Part shown: positions 33,988 to 40,206 of the stretch, one piece after another
Layout: each line of letters opens with the position of its first letter
Numbering within the stretch: position 1 is the first letter of the stretch
Assembly (NCBI GenBank): GCA_030770535.1
Contig: JASVEC010000152.1
Coordinates: forward strand, 1 to 40,206
Direction of reading: 5' to 3'
Source of the DNA: Batkoa obscura
Taxonomy: Eukaryota
Length of the DNA stretch: 40,206 nt
The notes under the pieces: generated by a model
What the model was told of the DNA's origin: nothing
Databases searched by the model: none
Seen by the model: only the letters and a program-made list of their open reading frames with translations
Translations under genes and position numbers: made by a program

Positions 33988-36125
33988 TTAATCTTCCTCA
34001 TCACTTTCTTGATCATCGTTAACAGCGATTGGCATTTTCTGTTAAAAAACATTAAACTTCACAACTCAACTAAATAAAAAGATCAACTTACCTCTTCCAT
34101 AACAATAGGATTTTTAAATTGATATCCATTTTGAGAAAACCTTTTATAAAGAGTAGGATTGGTAGAGATATCCCATACCTTAGCTGTACCTTTCGATCCT
34201 GCCATGGCCAAGTAATTTGGATTGTCGGGATTGAATGTAAGACTAAATACTTGACCCTAAATAATAAATAAGATTAATACTACTATCACCATCTCCTCAT
34301 TCCTCTTATTTTCAGTAATTGTGCTAACAAAAAGAACTTACCAATTCAAAGTTCCTCTTTAATAACATATTAGGTTTGTTATCTTTAAGATCCCATATTT
34401 TAATTAATTTATCTGTTGATCCTGTAACTAAACAATTGGGAATAGCTGGATTTAACTCCATAGCTGAAACAGCTTTATCATGACAATGTAATGTAAAGAT
34501 TGAATTAGCTGTATTTCTAACATCATATGAGTATACTATTCCATTATCTGTTGATATCTAAAATAAATCATAATAAATAAATTATTACTATTGTATTAGC
34601 AAAACAAACTTACGTAGCATTGATTAGGATTAAAAGGATCCCATTTAACAGTTTCAATTTCATTTGGTAAATTAATAGAGTGATGAGATTGTGGTGAACG
34701 AGAATCAAAGATTTTAACTTGATGATCATAGCCACCACTTAATAAAATAGTTGATTCAATTGGATGCCATTGGACTGCTTGTACCTAATACTATATTAAC
34801 TAATTATAATTTGGATTATAGTTAAACTATTACCTTATCTTGATGAATGTTAAAGGATCTCATGGCTTTACATGTAGCCAAATCCCAAATTTTAATTGTT
34901 GTATCCGCAGATGAAGAAGCTAACAAATTACTAAATAAAAGAGTTAATAAATTGTTTTGTCATTATAATTATATTAGTTGTTATGTTAAATATTTACGTA
35001 TGATTTTTGTTCCAATGTAATGCCATAACGGCATCAATGTGATAATTGTCGTTAATTTTCTAACAAAATTAATAGTATTTAGTATTATTATATACTATTA
35101 TATATTGTTTACCTTTCCTTTCTTTTTATTTTTACCTAAAACGGCATGAGGATAAACAGCATCAATAAAATCTAAATCCCAAATTTCGATTTCAGATTCA
35201 AAAGATCCAATAGCAACAAAAGAGCCTAAAAAATGATTTTAACACAATTACATATTATATAACATTAGTAATGTTATATAATGTGAAACTAATAGCCTAC
35301 CTTTTTTATCATTGGCAGCTTTAGGGCAAAAATTAAACCACTCTAAGGAAAGCGGAAAAGAAGGAAGTAACATATCATGATGAGTATAAATATTGTTTTC
35401 TTTTTCTTCAAATAAATAAACTTCTAAGCAACTTAATTCTTGTTCTGTTTTTCCTCCTAATAATAAACTATCGTCTAATTCTATTAATAAATCTTCTTCA
35501 TCTTCTTTTTCTAAATTCAATTTATCTAACTAAAATGAATATATAAATCAACTATTTTAAGTTATTGTTATTGTAATCTTACGTTCTCAATATTTTCGCC
35601 ATCTTCATTATCTTTTAATAACTCATCAACATTACCAAAGATAGTTACTTCTATAACTAGTAGTTAGTATCTATGTTTTAAATATATTAATTTATATCGG
35701 TTTACCAGTTGATTCATCATCATAATTATCTAAATTATAAATTGAAAGGTCATTTTTATCTTTTTGTTCAACTATGACTTCTTCTTCGCTTTCTTCTTCT
35801 TCTTCAATGTCTTCAGCATCATCAACACCATCTCCCATAACATCACTAACAAAAAGTAATTAAAACCATATTTTTTTAAAACAAAGGATCGACTGTATAG
35901 TCAATATCATCCAACTTACCCTTCATCTAACTTTAAACCAAGCATTTCATCTTCAAGTCCCATTTCGTTCCATTTTTCTTTTTCTAAATTTAAACCTTTT
36001 TTAGCTAATTGAATCTGACGGTCTGAATATTGCTTGAAGTTTTCAATTTCTTGCTCACTCATCTCAATTCTTTTTGGTACTCTAGCATTTGCCCCACGAG
36101 GCACCCATTTTAAACTAGTGATCAT
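33988..36125 (-). CDS. PWP1: Periodic tryptophan protein 1 (WD40 rRNA-biogenesis factor), about 11 exons
   Basis: MITSLKWVPRG start, YNLDNYDDES, LEVYLFE..NNIYTHHDMLLPSFPLSLEW, AIGSFESEIEIWDLD, LLASSSADTTIKIWDL and an acidic C-terminus ending TAA 33988-33990. Confidence 0.95.
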
Positions 36126-36338
36126 CTTTACAGTGTTCGGTTTTGTTTAATTTTAAAAAACTAAAGTTTTTTCTTTTTTTCGATAATGTTTCAATAGTTG
36201 GTTCACAAAAAAGATAGAAATGATTGGCTGTAGCGAAAAGTTATTCTTTTAACCTTCTTTTTAGGGGTTTTGGCAGAATTAATAATTTTAAATCAAAAAA
36301 TTAAAACTCGACTTCTTATAAATTAACTATATAATATA
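36126..36338. promoter_or_regulatory. Putative bidirectional promoter between PWP1 and RRP3
   Basis: 213 bp between divergent ATGs, with a central CCAAT box (TGATTGGCT at ~36221) and T/A tracts. Confidence 0.6.
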
Positions 36339-37935
36339 ATGAGCGATAAAGAAATTGAAGTTAAAGAGGTCATCGAAACGAAACAAGAAGATGAGGAAGA
36401 ATCTGTTACTTTTGAAAGCTTGGTAATAAATGAACTAAAATTTAGTTAAGGAGCAAGAAATAGTAATTCTTATTTTCTAGGGTTTATTAGAGCAATTATG
36501 TCAAGCTTGTAAAGATTTGAAGTTTGCATCACCAACTCAAATTCAAAAAGAAGCAATTCCTTATGCTTTAGAGGGTAATTAGAAACAAATAATATAATAA
36601 AACTAATAAAATTAACTTTTTAAATACAGGTAAAGATTTAATTGCTTTAGCTCAAACGGGTTCCGGAAAAACTGCTGCTTTTGCACTTCCAATTTTACAT
36701 CACTTATGGCAAAAACCATCCGGATTATTTGCTTTAGTTCTAGCTCCTACCAGGTAACAAGAAGATATCTGTGTAATAATAATAATAATAATGACTTTTA
36801 ATTAGAGAGTTGGCTATTCAAATTTCAGAAACTTTTGATTCTTTAGGTTCAGGCATGGGAGTACGTACAGCAGTCATTGTTGGTGGTATGGATATGATGG
36901 CTCAGTCTTTAGCATTAGCTAAAAAGCCACATATTATTGTAGCTACCCCTGGGCGTATTCAAGATCATATTGAAAATACTAAAGGTTTTTCATTAAGAGG
37001 GATTAAATTTTTGGTGAGTTTTAAAAGTAATAGTAAATTATAGTTATTTATTTATAACAATAATTAGGTAATGGACGAAGCCGATAAATTATTAGATATG
37101 GATTTTGGACCCAAAATAGAACAAATCCTAAAAGTATTACCAAAAGAAAGAAACACCTATTTATTTTCAGCTACCATGACAACTAAAGTAGCTAAATTAC
37201 AACGAGCTAGTTTAAACAAACCAGTTAAAGTAGAAGTGAATAGCAAATATTCCACTGTTGATTCTTTATTACAATTTTATTTATTTTTCCCCTTTAAACA
37301 TAAGGATAGTTATCTTGTTTATTTGATGAATGAATTAGCCGGAAATTCTGGTATTGTATTCACACGTACCTGTAACGATTGCCAAAAGATTGCTTTAATG
37401 TTACGTAGTTTAGGCTTCCCAGCTATTCCATTACATGGTCAATTGTCTATGCCGAAGCGTGTTGGTGCATTGAACAAGTTCAAAAGTGGGAATAAGAATC
37501 TTTTAATTGCTACTGATGTAGCTGCTAGAGGTTTAGATATACCTCAAGTAGACATGGTTATCAATTATGATGTACCTACTCATTCAAAAGACTATATCCA
37601 TAGAGTTGGTCGTACTGCACGTGCAGGTAGAGCGGGTAAATCTCTCACTTTAGTTACTCAGTACGATGTTGAATTGTTACAAAGGATTGAAGCTGTGATT
37701 GATAAAAAAATGAAAGAATTCCCAATTGATAAAGAGGCAGTACTTTTACTACAGGATAGAGTTAACGAAGCCCAAAGGTTGGCTGCTATGGTAAGTAGCT
37801 ATTTTACTTTAAGGTGAAGTTAATACTAACAAGGTTCTTTAGGAAATGAAAGAGAGCGGTGGAAATAAAAGAGGAGGAAGTAAAAGAAAAGATGCCCCAG
37901 AGACATTTAAACCAAAAGTTAAAAGCAGACGTTAA
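36339..37935 (+). CDS. RRP3: DEAD-box rRNA helicase Rrp3/DDX47, 6 exons
   Basis: [54 protein letters not shown]. Five GT-AG introns; basic tail ending TAA 37933-37935. Confidence 0.97.
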
Positions 37936-38105
37936 GCAACTTGATTTTTTTTCGAAAAAAATAGAGATTGTATGATGTATTAAATAAAAAAGGGAATAGA
38001 AATAGAAAAAATGATAGAATGTCTTATTCTTTTTTTAAAATATGTGTTAGAATAGAAATATTACTAATTTAAGTTAGAATATACTTTATTTAAAAATTAG
38101 AGAAT

Positions 38106-38817
38106 TTATTGCTTAGCATTAGTTAACATTTCCTTTACCATAGCAGCACACATTTTAGCATAGGGATTTTCTTGTACTGCTATTTTTTTAGCTAGCTCAT
38201 TACCATATTTTGCACCTAATTCAATATCTTTTAAAGCTGCTGTTTCTTCTTCTTCAGTTTTTGCTAATACTTTATAATGCAATCCACGTTGAGTGTAAGC
38301 CTGTCACAAAAGAAAAATAAATTTGGTAAAGGAAAAAGTATTAATAATATGTGATTTAAATTTACCTGTTTTAAAGTAATTTTATCTTGAATTAAAAGCC
38401 CTTTTTCAATTGCTAAGTCTAAATCAGAAACACTCTTCTCTATTTCGTTTAACATTCTATAAGCTTGGGCTCTGATTACAGATAAAAATTTAATAAAATT
38501 CCATTACCAATACTCATTATCGATTTTAAAACTTACCTATTATTATACCCAGATGCATAATCTGGGCACATCTCAATGACTTTAGTAAATAGCTCAACGC
38601 TTTCAGCCAACCCATTATTACCTTCTTCCGCTTTCTTTATGCCTTCTTTTTCTAAAGATTGTAATTGAGATAATAATCCTGGTTCTATTACCTTAGCTGG
38701 CTTCTCATTAGTTTCTTCAAGTGTAAAGCCATCGTTAGCGCCTGGATAACCATTATCAGGGTTAAATAAATGTTCTAATATTTTTTGGTCCTTTTCACTA
38801 AGTTGTGGGGTAGTCAT
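38106..38817 (-). CDS. TTC36: Tetratricopeptide repeat protein 36-like, 3 exons
   Basis: DQKILEHLFNP, ASGYNNRAQAYR, QAYTQRG and ENPYAKMCAAMV match the TTC36 family pattern; two introns splice in frame. Confidence 0.88.
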
Positions 38818-39588
38818 TTTGTTAATATTGTTGAGGAATGGATAAATAAAATTGAGCTGAATACTATTTTTTGTATTTTATAGTTTAACTTAATCTTCTT
38901 CCCTGACTTTTTTTCGAAGTTTTAATTTTTATGTGACTAAATTAATTGGCTAAATTTTACTTTTTTAAATGCTCAAGTATTTTTTTATTAGATTTTTAGT
39001 ATCTATGACAACATTATTTTTCTATTTACACTTTGCAATATTCAAATTAAAAAATATTAATATAAATTATATTGAACAAAAATAGCGTATTTTTAGTGAT
39101 TTTATTTTTAATTACAACGAATAAGGTTATTATAGCCACTTTTTTTGGTTAAGACGCTATTCGAAAAAAACTGGATCAATTTTATAGAATGTTGCACTAA
39201 AGTTTTAATTTTATTTTATTTTGACCAATAAAATTGAATAATATTATTAGAAATTGGTTGAAATTTTTTGATCAATATTTTTCGAAACGGACCAAAAAAA
39301 TTCAAAGGAGAGATATATTTGTGGGGATCCTATATTCCATAAAATATGATAATGAATTAGTTAAAGGAGAGCAGAGATGATTTGTTGAGATTCATCTAAT
39401 AAACAATTCGTATACACTCTGGTTAGGATTAAAAACAAAAGGACTACGGCTAGGGTTTTAGCTTTCTATTGGTCGAAATCTGACTAATTATCTCATCATT
39501 TCTATTCTATTTATTACGTTTTACTTATTACATCTTTGCTTTTTAAAAAATATTAACTTATTTGAAAGATGGAAGTTAAAATTATAAG

Positions 39589-40206
39589 ATGGATAAATCT
39601 TTGGTCTTGGACTCACCTTTTAATGGGAATATTGAAGAGTATACAAAACATTGAAAAACCATACTGGAAGAATATGAAATAGGTTGTATAATTAACGAAT
39701 ATATATGAGTTGTAATTTTGTTAAATGGATTAAAGGCAATACTGATTTAAATGATAGATTTAAACTGAATATGTGCTTCATTTATTATGAATAGCGATTA
39801 AAGTTTTATAAAGAAGGATATATATTCTATATGGTATTTCAAACAAGCTAAAGAAGAAATTTATAGACAGCTTTATAAGTTATTTCCAAAGATGAAATGT
39901 ACTATAGCTAGAGCATGCATTATTTCTGGTTACAATAAATCATATAAAGAATTAAAAAGTTAACCGGAAATAAACATAATGATGAAAGGATATTTTACTA
40001 ATAATTTGAGAATTTATAATTCAATTATGGGAAGTGAAATAAAATATTATATAACAGGTGACTATAGATTAAGATATCATGATCCTATTGAAGTTAACTA
40101 TAATTATAATGATGCATGTATTGTAAGCAAAACTAAAGAATGTCCCAGTATTTGTCATAAAGGTGACAGTTACCAACTTAAAGGACATGTATATTTCGAT
40201 TTGTTG
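39589..40206 (+). pseudogene. Decayed gene of an uncharacterised fungal protein family (runs off the window)
   Basis: One frame with scattered stops reads ...FIMNSD*SFIKKDIYSIWYFKQAKEEIYRQLYKLFPKMKCTIARACIISGYNKSYKELKS*PEINIM...IYNSIMGSEIKYYITGDYR. Confidence 0.6.

Noticed and set aside
39030..39310. Possible TIR element remnant upstream of TTC36
   Set aside because: Only weak CTTTG...CAAAG complementarity in AT-rich DNA, with no TSD or clear homologue in the window.

Overview
Very AT-rich eukaryotic DNA with many short (about 50-85 nt) GT-AG introns. This fits an early-diverging fungus; an entomophthoralean/Conidiobolus-like source is an inference. Two blocks of conserved genes flank a decaying accessory island (~7.5-28 kb). 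The left block holds coatomer beta, a LisH/CTLH-WD40 protein and a Rax1-like RGS membrane protein. The right block holds SAM synthetase, a 4-TM protein, divergent PWP1/RRP3 and TTC36. The island contains five F-box/LRR paralogues (one near-intact, four broken) and an ASPM-like CH/IQ/ARM gene with two 1-nt frameshifts. It also holds a coherent transposon system: a 2437-bp Sola-like DDD element (GGGG...CCCC ends, ATAT target duplication), at least ten ~97-bp MITEs with matching ends and 4-bp (mostly AWWT) duplications, a decayed copy of the element's end dominated by C>T/G>A changes, and two solo LTRs. Outside the island are a 126-bp foldback hairpin downstream of PWP1 and a pseudogene at the right edge resembling an uncharacterised ascomycete family.
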